A stretch of 63,601 bases of DNA, the filler included, from Phoronis australis (taxonomy: Eukaryota > Animalia > Phoronida): assembly GCA_002633005.1 (NCBI GenBank). It is 10 parts of 10 records of this genome, joined end to end, with 100 filler letters (N's around TTAATTAATTAA, not from the genome) between each part and the next. Parts side by side here need not be neighbours in the genome. Positions count along the whole stretch, not along the records: positions 37,405 to 44,205 come from NMRA01001148.1; positions 44,306 to 54,154 come from NMRA01001784.1; 8 more parts are not named here. One strand, written 5' to 3'. Position numbers and translations under genes: made by a program. This document shows positions 38,545 through 51,400 of this stretch, in pieces. The notes under the pieces were generated by a model. The model saw nothing but the letters and a program-made list of their open reading frames with translations. It was not told the DNA's origin and did not search any database. The first letter of the stretch is position 1; each line of letters begins with the position of its first letter.

Positions 38545-38850
38545 GTGACAACTATCACAGAAGAACAAAATGTATTGTGGAGCATGGGGGTTTAAACCTG
38601 TATACATCAATCGTGGTGTTTTGGAGACTTCATGGTTGCAGTACAAAAGCCAATATCCTGATGGCTATGACAGACCCTTGGATAAAAGGATTTGACACGT
38701 GGCCTACAGACAGTTCCAAAGATGGGTACACGGTCACTCAAGACGGACTGTCCGTGTTGTCATTCCAGTATGCGCAGTAGCCTGCATCTGAGCTTTCTAC
38801 CCTCCGCCAGGAAATGAGGAAGACTTTTGAGTTCCAAGGATTTTCTTAAA
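38545..38850 (+). pseudogene. KolX / P2X7 cytoplasmic-ballast-like domain remnant (C-terminal half)
   Basis: With one frameshift it reads CIVEHGGFKPVYINRGVLETSWLQYKSQY...KRI*HVAYRQFQRWVHGHSRRTVRVVIPVCAVACI*AFYP, matching the CIT.H..F / AYRQF..W..G / R..IPSC.V..IR..FP consensus. Confidence 0.75.
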
Positions 38851-39942
38851 AGTTTCTCCCATTTATAGATATCAACAGTTGTCTTAGCCCTGGAATGCCA
38901 ACTCCTCCACATGACCTATGTATTCTGTTATAAAAACTTGTGACTCGGGGACTAGTTTTATGTAATTCAAACGAGTTGCAAAAAGTTGTAGTGACAAATT
39001 CCATAGAAAGATCAAACTTCGTAATAAACGAATGCAATCGCAGTGCAACCTCAGCGGCATGAAATTGAAGAAGGCATTCCATGAATAGACTTCTGTGGTT
39101 TCAGAATGGTAAATAATTAACACAGCGAGCAGCATTTATTGATGCTCATCAATCTGGTTACTTATGATAACATGGTCATGACAAGTGTAATTTAACTAGG
39201 ACTACATTATAAACCTCTAAACTCAACATCAGTTAAACTTATGGTTGACCTAGGTAAACAGAGGAATTTGTCTCATTGGAGCCCAGTTTGTGTGCTTGAA
39301 GCGAACACATTGAACAGTATGGCTGTTACATAAAAAATTAAAAGTTTTGAATCTGGGCCATAGTCTGAAGTTGAGACTGAATCTTCTGCCCTCTTCTTAT
39401 ACAGTAGAACTCTCTAAATTGGTAGGGCTTCAGTGGGAACTTTCGAAAGGTTAGCATTAATTCCGCAGTAACGCCTCCAAATAACTTTGATGAAATATCT
39501 GTCTCACTGGATACAACTTAGCGAGTTCTACTGTAATTCAATGAGAAATCAAATAACACGACACAGCAACCACTGAATCTCAACCCAAAAGCTCCAGTAT
39601 GCAATAGCTTTAGATGTCTATGACATGGTGTGAAAACACAAAAAGTATGCACATGAGTAGGAATTGGGAAATCTGGAGGGAGTGCTTATACCACTCACTC
39701 AAAAATTCCCAAGACAATGTTCGAATTATGTGCAAGTGATTATTCTGTGTACAATTTAGATGAGATTGTCCCACGAAAAGACTGACGACCCAAACAAGTA
39801 CCTTTTCACTCCCACTTAAGAAAGTCTTCCTATACCGACCCACTGTGTGGGACAGCAACAGTTTAGTGCAAATCAAATATACTTAAAAAAGCTAAGCCGC
39901 AATATTTATAGTCATTGTATTGAAGAACCATTGAAATGTTTC

Positions 39943-40092
39943 CAGGTGCGGATCCAGGATTTTAAGTTAGGGGGGTCAGGGCACGGTATTAGTCAGGATT
40001 TTGCCCCTCAGACATTCGCACCCCCAAACAGTCAAATGGAATCTGGGAGAATTTTAGGGGGGGGCATGGCCCCCCTCTAAATCTGCCACTAG
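39943..40092 (+). mobile_element. ~150-bp CAGGGGCGGATCC MITE copy
   Basis: Near-identical to 30375-30523, with TTTC on both sides. Confidence 0.8.
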
Positions 40093-40911
40093 TTTCAATA
40101 TAAGAACATAGTATATCACTGGGTTTATCTGTACAAATGGGACAGCCAAATACCACAAACAAAAGCTTTTCACAATTTCCACTACTGGTACTATAAACAC
40201 TCTGGCATTGCTATCTGTACCACTATCAAAAATTTGATCTAAAACATTGGTAGTGAGTGTTAAATATGTGACGGAAAGAAATTCCAGTGCTGTCCATTGA
40301 CAAAGCACCAAGTCTGAATTTATCTGTGCCACGGCATCCTCCTTGGACACATCTGGAGCACCAGCAGTCGGCATAGGAGGGGCATCAATTTCTAAGCGAA
40401 TTTCAAGATCTCCAGCTTCTCTTTTGTTCCGCACTAAGTGGAAGGTGTTCTCCTTTCATTTACATACTCTGAAAAGCACAACAGCGGCAATTCAAAAGTA
40501 AAAAAAAAACATTTTGAATCCAGAGTTGTCCATGATTAAAGTAAAACACGATGATATCTAATTGCAAGTTTTCGCCTTCTTTGATAACCTTCAAGCAAAT
40601 GCCAAAACTAGATTTTAATCCTGTTTTTTGAAGCAGACTACTTTAATAATCAAAACCTGTGAATTGAGTTACCATCCTGTTTTACTTTATTCATAGTCTG
40701 CATTCTTTTCAAAATACATGCATCTTTTGAGATCAGCTTTATTTGTTGTGACTTTTAGTTTTACTGATCATTAATAACTAAATCTTTCACGGAAAAACAA
40801 CAGATTTTAAACACTTGAGAACTACGGTGATTGTGAAAAAAGATTGTTATTGTCCAGGCACTGCGAAAGCGTCATGAATTATTAGACATCAAAATTCTCA
40901 AGGTAACTTAC

Positions 40912-41159
40912 CTTTTTATAAGACCAGCTTCAACCTTCATGATGTGTTTGTCGTCAAAGCAGCCGTCCTCAAAATGGTCGGAGCATATTTCGGCTCCGAC
41001 AGATGGCTGACTCGACAGTCATTTTCAAAAGACGAGCAGAGCACACGAAAACCTGCCAGTATACGCAGCCAGATGTTTGTCTTTTTAGAATTTAAATGGG
41101 CTCATGCCTTCCACCTGGGTGGTGTTAAATTAGTTAGCACACACACACCGATGCACCAT
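40912..41159 (-). pseudogene. THAP zinc-finger exon remnant of Kolobok family C
   Basis: MVHRCVCAN*FNT...SPFKF*KDKHL...WQVFV...ICSDHFEDGCFDDKH, with stops and frameshifts, ending at a GTAAG donor. Confidence 0.7.
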
Positions 41160-41449
41160 GGCTAAAACACGCCAAGGTTGAACGGTCTTTGTTCTTCGTG
41201 TACTGTGATATAATAGCAGTGAACTGCATTGTGGGATATGATCTGATTTGTGTTCCCCAACACCATGTCACGGTGTCAAAGGTCAACTTTTCGCGCATTT
41301 TCTTATTTTCGCTTTTTTAAAATAACTAAAGATACAATAATACGATGATTTGAATAAAATACATCCAAATAGCAATACCTTGAAGATATTATTGCAATTT
41401 AACATACTTGGACCTTGCAAATTACACTTTAAGAACTTCAGAATACAAG

Positions 41450-42230
41450 GTGAATGAAGTGGTCAAACTTTCAGAAGAAAAATGCACCAAATGACCTGAA
41501 AATTTAGAATTCAAACTCAATCGCACTTAGTAAACAGATACGTAATTTTGAAGTCTCTTGCTCAAAATTTTAGTTTGCACTCCATGACCTTTGACCTATT
41601 TTTTCTGATTGGTTAGGCCTATTGCAAAGTAAAGTAGGGTATTCAGTTGGCATGTTGACTTACACCAGTGTGCTGAAATTGAAAAGAATTCCTTAAAAAG
41701 CGTAAGACATATAACATTTTGAACGTTACATGACCTTTGCACTAATTGGCCTTGTCCGGTGCATTTTAAGCATCTTTAGGAGAATTATTGCAAAGCCCAT
41801 GGAAAATGTGTTTAACGCTGAGAATCACAGTTGTCTAACGGTTGACTCATCAGAATACTTGCTGATTGAAATGGTCAAATTTTCAGAAGAAAAATGCACC
41901 TAATGACCCCATGTTTGCACTAAATCACCTGAAACTTTGGATTCCGAATTAATTTACCTGTGGCAATCAGACCTGTCAATTTGAAGTGTCTAGCTCAAAA
42001 TTTTAGTTTGCACCTAATGACCTTTGACCTTTGACCTATTTCACCTGATTGGATGACCCGATTGCTTAGAAAAGTAACTTTTTAAATTGTCATGTTGACA
42101 TGTACCTGTGCACCGAATTTGAAAAAGATAGCTTTAAAACAGAAGGAGGAGTAGCATTTTGAAAATTATATGACCTTTGCACCAAACGACCTCTTCCGGT
42201 GCAATATGGAATATGATTATATAACCAATC
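41450..42230. repeat. Two diverged tandem units of ~410-440 bp rich in TGACCTTTGACC
   Basis: TGGTCAAA.TTTCAGAAGAAAAATGCACC.AATGACC occurs at ~41460 and ~41872. GCTCAAAATTTTAGTTTGCAC...ATGACCTTTGACCT occurs at ~41560 and ~41993. Confidence 0.75.
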
Positions 42231-42302
42231 AAAATTTATATACTGTCAAAAGTAATATGCTGAATTTAAAGACAGTACCTGCACCTTATTTGGAGTTATT
42301 AA

Positions 42303-43110
42303 AGTCCTTCTCTCAGGCGTTGTTAACCCTTATTACATGGTTAGAAGATGTTATAAGGATCCAAGAAGTACCTACTCCATAACTAATACACGATCCGTAC
42401 TCGAAAACAGTTTAAATGAACGCGCCACTCACGATTCGGACCCGAAGAAACACCGCCATTTTGAACTTGCCGCGAACCCGGAAGTACAATTCATTCAGGA
42501 ACCCAGGCCGAGAAAACGCCGTCAGTGCGACTGGAGCAGTGCCTGTACTGTTATCAGCCAGCAAACGACAGCGCGCCTTAATTTTGAAAAAATCAAACTG
42601 CGGACAATTTTATGGAATTTGCTGAAGAAATGTGGCGAATAAATTTTGACAGAAATTATTTTGCCAGACTCGGGACCGCAGCCTATCGGACCCGGTGCGG
42701 ATCGAGACCAGACACTGGCGAACGGTAAATGCACGCGGTTGCAAGCTGTTTTGTCAAAGTAAAATGGTCAAATAATAAATGCTGCATATATTCAAGGGTA
42801 GTTTCAGACACTTGCATGAAATTACGGGCTGGTTAGTCGTGTGTCACACTGCCGCGGCAGACCTTAGTTTCAGTCACCAGCTACCAGTGAAGACTATAGT
42901 CAAAATACAGCTTGTTAGTAGGCCTTGACAGCCTCCCGTTCAGTAACGCTAGGACTTCGCCAAAAAGCAAGACTTCACGAGATTACGTGAGATATTGCCG
43001 TGTATTTTAAATGAGAGCACGTGACTTTGACTAGCTTAGCTAGGTCCTAGCGTAAGCCCTAGCGTTTACTGAACGCACGCCAGCTTTGGGCCAAGACTAC
43101 CCTTAGGCCT
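42303..43110 (+). mobile_element. Dispersed repeat family D with a TTAA|AG terminus (probable Kolobok-type end)
   Basis: Starts TTAA|AGTCCTTCT. About 660 bp are highly similar to the inverted copy at 59205-59869. Carries a nested MITE at 42932-43080. Confidence 0.75.
42932..43080 (+). mobile_element. 149-bp MITE with CAG target duplication (PIF/Harbinger-like)
   Basis: Inverted ends CGTTCAGTAA.CGCTAG...CTAGCGTTTACTGAACG, with CAG at 42929-42931 and 43081-43083. The host-repeat copy at ~59230 shows the empty site. Further copies lie at ~25945 and 61606. Confidence 0.75.
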
Positions 43111-44465
43111 AACTGGTCGCTGGCCACAAACACAAAAAAACACGAAAATTGAACAAAGTTTCTTTTTTGTAGCAACGTTTGTCAAAATGTATCAATGTTA
43201 AATCTTCACAAATTACAAAGTAGCCGATTGAACATGCCTTTCAGTTCAGCAAAAGTCGACATTGTAGGTGCCGCCAGAAATGAGACGAAGTCCAACGGGA
43301 ATTGTGAGCACATTTTAGTTAATGAGTAACAACTGCGAGGCTGAAATTTGGTGAACACTGCTAAATCGTGCAGAATAGTAAGTAAAGATATGTCTAACTA
43401 AATTTCACCGCAATTTGTTGGCGAAAACAATTTACACAAAGTTTTAAACTCGTAACTCATCCCGCTGTCCTCCAATATGGCCGACGCGATCCAAACAAAG
43501 TGACCCAAATTTCGGCACAAAACTTGCAATAGCTTTACAGTGCTTGCCCCGATTTTGATACTTTTCGACGGATTTTTACTGAGTAGAATGTACTACCTTT
43601 CCGATGATAGCAAAGTACTTTTTCAAAACGAGGAAAAAAATAAAACCGAAAAAANAAGTTTTAAACTCGTAACTCATCCCGCTGTCCTCCAATATGGCCG
43701 ACGCGATCCAAACAAAGTGACCCAAATTTCGGCACAAAACTTGCAATAGCTTTACAGTGCTTGCCCCGATTTTGATACTTTTCGACGGATTTTTACTGAG
43801 TAGAATGTACTACCTTTCCGATGATAGCAAAGTACTTTTTCAAAACGAGGAAAAAAATAAAACCGAAAAAAATTGGTTCGACCCATATTGGTTCCTAGGT
43901 TCAACCCGCCTATACGTAAGGAACTAAACACCAATGCTATTTTAACATACTAAGTACGCGTAATATTTCAAAAAAAATCAACGACCACTAACTACAAACT
44001 ATAAATACACTACATATGCAAACGAATCACGATATATTACTAATACAAAATAATGAAGACTTTTCGAGCAAGCCATAGCACATTCAGTTACAAGGAAAAA
44101 AATGGCGGCGTTCAGGACAAGTTCCTGAATAGTCTCCTGCACAGACCCTCGAGGTTGGTTGGGGTCTGCTACAGCGCACTTTTCCATGTGCATTCTTGGA
44201 ATATCNNNNNNNNNNNNNNNNNNNNNNNNNNNNNNNNNNNNNNNNNNNNTTAATTAATTAANNNNNNNNNNNNNNNNNNNNNNNNNNNNNNNNNNNNNNN
44301 NNNNNATATTTCACTAGCGTTTGATGTTAAAAGAGATTTAATCCCAGAAATCCAGTTGAGAGTTGCGCTAAATAGACTGCGAATGTGAACTTATAGAAGA
44401 AAGTACTGAACATGGCACAGTGATGTAACATTTTAACATGTATTTATTTCTAACTCTAATTTAAG

Positions 44466-44615
44466 ATTAGTAAAGATCTTGGTGTAACGGACAGCTGGGT
44501 AACTGAGTACAATCGCAGAATGATAAAAAAACGGAAACCAATTATTTTCATCGACGGTGGAATTCATGCGAGAGAATGGCTTACAGTGACATCAGCAATT
44601 TACATAATTGACAAG
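44466..44615 (+). CDS. M14A zinc carboxypeptidase (A/B-like), exon with the HxxE zinc ligands
   Basis: AG/GT-bounded 150-nt phase-0 exon: ISKDLG...KRKPIIFIDGGIHAREWLTVTSAIYIIDK. Confidence 0.9.
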
Positions 44616-45261
44616 GTAAAATTAAACGTCCGGCCAAGTCCCGTAGTCTAAACTCTGTTCTCGAAATCGAATTCGTCATATTTTACATTCTACAATCTCA
44701 AGTAAAAATTAGAGTTTTCGGGTACAAGTGGAAACCAGGATTGGAATGTCATCCGCGTAAACCGTGGTGAGCTCAAGCACAGAGTATTGAATTTGCACAA
44801 AAGTAGAACGGAAAATATCAACAACAATTTAGAGTTCGGTTTCGAGTTCAAAGATTAGCGCTACTGACTCGCTAATGAGTGAGATCACGTGATTCGTGTA
44901 TAGTGCATGGCCACGATAAATCTCGAAGACTTGCGTGGCCTCCCAAACTAGTAAGAAACCAGCCTTACAGAACGCAGCCCTGGTCGTATTGCCAAGCAGG
45001 CACAAACTGTGAACATTTCAAACTATTGAGATGTTATATCATGCGAATTAAGGCATTTAACGTGAATTAATTTCTACCTTTGTTTTTTCAATCACTGGTA
45101 GCAAAATATGAAGGAATAGAGAGATTTGGGATTTCACTTTCTTGGCATTAAGATGAAATATTTTAATGATTCGTATGTCAACTCAACCACAGTTGTGAAT
45201 CGCAACTACCTACTGTCTTGATTGTCATGGTAATTCCTAACGTTTTGCGCATGAATTTCAG

Positions 45262-45381
45262 CTGCTGCATGCCGATAGCGACCACTACATCAGTCAACTC
45301 CTGGAGATATACGAATTCCACATTTGTCCAATTCTGAACCCAGACGGATATGACTTTACACACAATTCCAACAAAGTAAAA
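45262..45381 (+). CDS. M14A carboxypeptidase, exon with the NPDGY motif (alternative donor after 45375)
   Basis: TTTCAG acceptor, LLHADSDHYISQLLEIYEFHICPILNPDGYDFTHNSNKVK, GTACGT donor. Phase 0 on both sides. Confidence 0.88.
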
Positions 45382-45424
45382 GTACGTATACATATAATGT
45401 GTTGGCGACTTCGACCACACGTTG

Positions 45425-48400
45425 TGGTGCTTAGCGTCTAGTTTGGTAGGGTAATTAGGAGTAGTACTAGTATCTAGCTCTACTTACTGCCTTGAGTAGT
45501 GCTCAGCTTTCAGCTCCCCCCGCTGTTCAGTTCCGACTGTCAGTACATAGCTTCTCCCACAGCAAGTCTTGTGCAGTGCCTCCTCGTGGCAACACATGGA
45601 CTGGGTTTACTCAGACTAAGCTGTATGGGATCGGGTTGGGGAGGGGGACTTTCTGGCTTCGGTAGCCGCCGCCTTTCGAACAGCGTGAGATGCCGAAAAC
45701 CCTGTTGGAAGCATTTTCTGCTCCCAGGAGATTGACTCTGCAGTGGGAGGCCTCTCTATCACCCCCCTTTTGGGCGCCTGGTCAAGAGTATATTGACTTC
45801 CACCTCTTGGGGTTCGATTTGATACTGCCTTGTCTCCGGCCAGGGAACACGGGAACCTTTGAGGACTAATACTCTGGTTCTTGATTCTTAAGCCAGTTGC
45901 GGCTGGGGGTAGACAACACAGAACGTTGCTTATCAAAGAATTTTGGGCAAATCGCGATGCTCAGAGCAACGTTTGTTTCACTAGGAGACAAGTCTCGGCA
46001 CAGTTAGCCCTGGGAGGTAGCGAGGCTCTGGCACTCGAAGGTAGACATACCGAACCTGGAAAATCCATTTGTAGCAGAAACCCTTTCGCCGGGTGTCATA
46101 TGCTCGCTTAGAGGCACCATTGTAGGGACCTATTGAAACCAGAGTTACATCCTATAGGTCTGCGGGTGCAAGAAAGGCCTTTGGCGGGGCCTTTTTGTGA
46201 ATAGGGTAAATGCGGATGCGAACCTGAATCATGACCTATACCTACAGCGAAAACCAATAACCACTCTGGTCAGGGTGACCGGTAAATAGAGTAGAATGTG
46301 GTCTTCGCGGCACGGAAGTCTGCCTCAAAGACTCCTCCTTAGGAGTATTGAACAAGGCAAGTGGAAGCACCCCTTACCGTGGACGCTTGCTCTGAGAAAT
46401 GGCTAGACTTTTCCATGGGAGTGGATAGTGAAATTACCAAGCTTGTGAAAGCGGCAAGGGTGACTGCTGACGCGAACCTCAAACCTGCCCCGGACACTCC
46501 TCGAGGAGCGAATGGAGGCGCAAAGGATTCAACTGTACAGGATGGCAGCTCTTACCGCCAATCTGCTGATGCTAAGCGGAGGGCAAAGCGGGCTCAGAAG
46601 ACATTCTCAAAACCACCACCAAAGTGGCTTAAGTGGATAAGCTCTCTTACGCTAGCGAAATATCTTAATCTCTTTGTGGCTCCAAAGAATGGTGAGCCAC
46701 CAATGAATGAGGATGAGGATGAGGCGAAGCGTCTCATGCGCCATCTGCAGATGGCGTTTATTAGTCAGTGAGACTGAGATAAGGGAAACCGGCGATTGGC
46801 TGTACCCTTGATTGGGTTAAGCTTTAGTCGGTGGGCCAGATCTCATAGCGTTCATCCTTGTGAGTACTTTTGGGGGGGGCAACCTAGTTTTTTCTATGTG
46901 GCTAGATAATATACCTATAAATCAAATTCCAAAAAGTTNAAACAGGTACGTGTTTTTGAAAAATACATCTTGGTGTTTTCCATGTGTGTTTCAGTATTAT
47001 CACCAGTTGGTTTTTAACTTGTTCAGCCCCTTGGCTGCCTAGGCCTTCAGAAAATACTGCTCACCCAGTAGAGATGATGATCATACCATAGGTACTCCAT
47101 ATGCCGGATACTTTTCGGCAAATTATGTTCCTATAAGTTTAGAAGTACCGCGTAGAGAGATGCCTCTGAGGACGTCGTTAATGTTTTCATTTGTTCCCAG
47201 TTTAAACAAATACTCATGCAATCCTGTTTTTCAAACACTCCATTCAGTTGCCACATCGGCACTGCTTGCGCTAAGGGATAATCCTATGGCGCTATACTGT
47301 GGGTGTGATTTTAAAGCACTTTAAGTTAAAAATTTTTGAGAAGGTTAAATGGAGTAGATGGTTGCAAAAAACATGCCCAAGTGGCCGTCATCCCCTGCCG
47401 TAGTCTCAATTTTTTGTAAACATTAATTACTTAGGTAGCTGCAATGATAATTAAATTAAAGTACCTAAGTGGCCATCGTCGCCGTCGAAATTTGAGGACG
47501 ATGGAAGCCACTGTCCATTTCGTCAAATGTCGATTACCATAAGTGTAAATCAATTGACTATGGTTTGAGCATCTGATTTAAAAAAATTAAATTTCAATCA
47601 CTGCACTGGTATATCAGCTGATTTATTTTCAGTTGTAGCAACTGATCTAATTATTATACGATCAACATTATTAGGCTACAGATCAGACGGCATGTAAATT
47701 TGTTAGGCTGGTGGTGGATCAGTTCCTGATAAGTCTGTCTGAAAAAGTTGCATGCCAACTCACGCATAGTTGAATGTTAAATTAGTGTTAACAGTTTGGG
47801 TTTTTTTCAGTTGGATTTCTATCGCAAGCAACAGCTCAGTCCAGAGCCCTGAATATGCAAATGAAATTCAAAGATAAAGACCTTGTGTCTTAGAAGCCAA
47901 GTACCACAGATCATCATGCTATAAAAATAGAAAGACAACGATTGTGAAGAGTGACGAATTCACAGTTTTCAGAGATGTTTTTCTACAGTTTTGTTTGGAG
48001 TTCATTGAATCGAAGCTTCTAACACAAGGAGATGTCATTTGCCTTTCAAAACTAAAGCAAGACTTTGAAGCTGTTCTTCAGAAAGCTGGTGTGCATGAAG
48101 TTATTTGGACAGGCAATCTTAAGAAATATTGTTGAAGCTACTCACTGTTGTAGTTTGTGCCCGACTAAGAGATACGAAAGTGAATTGAGGCTAGTGTTCA
48201 ATAATTCACTTGCTGACTCTAATTAACACAGTCCATTATAACATATTTTGAATCAAACGTTTGCCCAAATAGTGCCCGCCTCCAAACAAGGACTTAGTGT
48301 TTGACCCTTCATTGCCTGCGGGCTAATCACCAGTGTGCAGTGCTGTACCCTCTCTAATCGACCATAGTTGGCTCCTTGGCGGTGGAGCTTTGCAGTTAAT

Positions 48401-51400
48401 ATGTATGGCAATGACCGCATCTCCATTGACAGTACTAAACGATGAACGCTGCAAGTGCAAAAAGAACATGTGTGCTGGGAAACTGAGTTTGTGCTGCAAT
48501 GCTGGGTCAAACTGTACAGAAATGTGCAGCTGTGACAACTGTAGTAACATCAGCAACACTGACTGCATAACATTGGATAGTTCTTTGACAGGCCAACCCT
48601 AAATAGACCTCCAACCCCGTTATTTCCTTTTTTGTATTAAAAAGTTAATTTTATTTGTTGATTAAGTCATAGAAAGTACATACTTTGATCATTGTCATGT
48701 ATTTGTCTCATACTGCTTAATAAACGCTGTCAGAATAATCTATTTTAATACAGTCTTTGTGCACATTCACAGAGATCATTCAACTATATTGTTTTTGTAC
48801 TATAACATATTTCTGGTGTATTATGCAAACAAGCTGTATTTTACACCATTAGTCAATGTTTTAGTCATTGAGGCACAAATTTTGCCCAGTCTCAAGTGTT
48901 TTGTGTTATTTTTGTTGCCTGACAATGCCAGAATAACTTCCTAGAAACATTCAGACTTAGTTTGTATTTTTGCCACTAGGTGTCTCTTTACGTTTTTTAA
49001 ATTTCACTGTTTACAATTAATTTACAATAGTAAAACATGTAATGTGAGTGTAATATTGTTCAATACAATGGCACTGATGGGACCATATTACTTGTTTTAC
49101 AAAAAAGTCACCAAAACTGTTGTTTTTACAAATATAAATTTACTAAGCTCTTTGGTGATTATTAGGTAACTTCAAACTCAAATTTCTCAAAAATGTGCAA
49201 CTTTATATGTTGGAACTTTTTAGATTTTGAAAACACTCTAATAAATGAATTAAAAAACACCAAAATAAAATTGCCCCCCTAAAGTACTCACAAAAACCAT
49301 TTTCTAGAGGCCCTACAAAATCTGGCCCACCGACTACTTGGGTGTAAGGCGCTTAGACCTGATGGTCTCGACTCTCACAGGTCAGAGTAGCACGTCCAGA
49401 CGATATACCTCTTCTGTCCAAGACCTTGTGCCATGGACGTTTCCTCCAATAAAGATGAGTTCTTGTTCGTTTTAAGGAGTGTAATGATGACCTGGGCATG
49501 ACAAAGGTTCGTGTGTTGCTGATGGCTGCCATCAAACCAACAACGAAATATCCCTCAAAAGGATTCACTATCGTCCTAGCCTTCGAGGATTCCGTTTGGC
49601 AGGTTTTACGTGGGATGAATTTTCGTCCCTAGTGCGACTTCGCTGGGTGTATGCTTTTCAGAGCTAGGAGTAAAAGAGCTAAAGGGGCCAAAGCCTCTGT
49701 CTAAACCTTAGAAGGGATATCAACCTCGGACGTGGAAGATGACCTCGTGGTCGCCACAACGACAGTGGAAATGAACGTGGGATATGGAACAGCTGAGGGA
49801 GGGAATGTTGCTGAGGCTTCTGAACCTGTGCCATCCAATGACAAATCTTCTCTGGCTCCTTTCCTACTCACGAGAGATGGTCAGTGGTACACGTCTAACA
49901 TGATGAGGTTAAAATCTGGCAGGTAAATCTGTATTGGGTTAAAAACCCTTCAACGCTTGTTTCTCTTCATGGTCTTCATGCAAGAGCCGTGCTGTCGGGG
50001 AAGCGTGATGATGAACTCTTCTGGGAATGTCAAATCTTACACTTCTTCACTGGGTAACAACATCAAGACCAGGGATGCGGTTATGATATCCACGGATATA
50101 ACCTCAAGAATCCTGTCGGAGTTTTGCGATAGAGACACCGTGGCAGTGTCTTGTAATATACTAAGACCAAATGGTCTAATACGAACAGTGTGATGGGTTT
50201 CAGTCTATATGCCAGAGGACTACCAACAATATTCCGTTGGTTATCTGTTGTGATGCCAATTGACATCACGAGGTGATCGAGGCACAGCACTGACACTAAC
50301 CCAAGCGGTGAGGCGCTTCTATATTTTATTGTCAGATGGCAACTTTTAATATGTAACAAGGGCCAGGAGTCTACATTTGTTGTCAATACCAGCAGGAGGT
50401 TATAGACCTTACTGGAGAGTGGATTCTGCACTCTCTTTGTCTGACCACAAATACATCAACTTTGAACTGGTGACTTCCGTTGTTTCAATATTTACTGAGT
50501 ACAGTAACACCAATAAGGTAAACCGGAAACTATCGTTCAAAGGTTTCTAAATTTCTTCCTATTCTAGAAACAAAAAAAGTCTCAGAACTTGTTCTGATGT
50601 TAACTAATTTGCAGATGACATTAACGATGCTCTGACCCAGTCACTAGAGATGTCTTGCCTCCAACCCCGTATTAAGGTTCGGCACTCTGGACAAGGCAAG
50701 TAAAGCTCACAGAGACGAAATTCGGACTAACAAGACGAGTGCTGGGATGCATATCATCTTGCTCGTCGTATGTTTAAGTCTATCACACGCAAAGCTAAGC
50801 GTAATTCCTGGAGGAACTTCTGTCAGCAAACTAACAGCCTCTCTGCATCTGCAAGGCTGATGCAATTGCTTAAGAAGAACCACTGCTTCAGACTCGAAGT
50901 CATTCAAAAAGAATGGCTTATTCACGCGCTCCCCTGAGGAAACACTCGAAGTCATGATGGGTAAGCACTGTCCTAATAGTGTAAACCTGTCTAGTCAATG
51001 GTCTGAAGTGACAGACTCCGAGGAGTGTGAATAGTTAGCTTACGCTGATGTTGAAAACAGCCTCACCACATCTTGTGGAGTTGGCTTTAAAGGCTTTTAA
51101 GCCATGGAAGTCCCAAGGACTAGACCTAATATACCCTATAATACTGCAAAAGGTTGGGATACCAGAACCTAGAACCTTAACATCCTTCTTTCCCAAAGGA
51201 CTGGAAAGGCTCATTCTGTGACATCTTGATGAACAAATTGTGCAAAACAAACTTTAGAACAATCAATATACTTGTAGACCAGACTTCTCTACGGAGACCG
51301 CTCTACATCATCTGGTTGCTAGACTGGAAAGGGCGGTTTTTAGTAAAAAAGTTGCCCTCTGCGCCTTCATTGACCTTGTAGGTGCTTTCAGCAATATTAC

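Larger units (their letters stand above)
38400..41428 (-). mobile_element. Degenerate Kolobok-type element family C (left boundary uncertain)
   Basis: KolX/P2X7-ballast-like remnant on + (38545-38850), a possible transposase C-terminal tail (PPMPTAGAPDVSKEDAVAQ) on - near 40300-40430, a THAP exon on - (40912-41159), and a candidate terminus CAAATTACACT|TTAA at 41428. Interrupted by a MITE at 39943. Confidence 0.55.

Noticed and set aside
39180-39900. Additional Kolobok transposase core motifs (DVWH-like on +, SLEVYN on -)
   Set aside because: They need multiple frameshifts and fall on inconsistent strands, so they are not reliable.
43439-43873. Exact ~217-bp tandem duplication
   Set aside because: The copies are identical and joined at a single N (43655), typical of an unmerged contig overlap.
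44375-44428. ELIEESTEHGTVM, resembling the IG.S.EGR carboxypeptidase segment
   Set aside because: It is bounded by stops, lacks usable splice sites, and the key Gly and Arg residues are absent.
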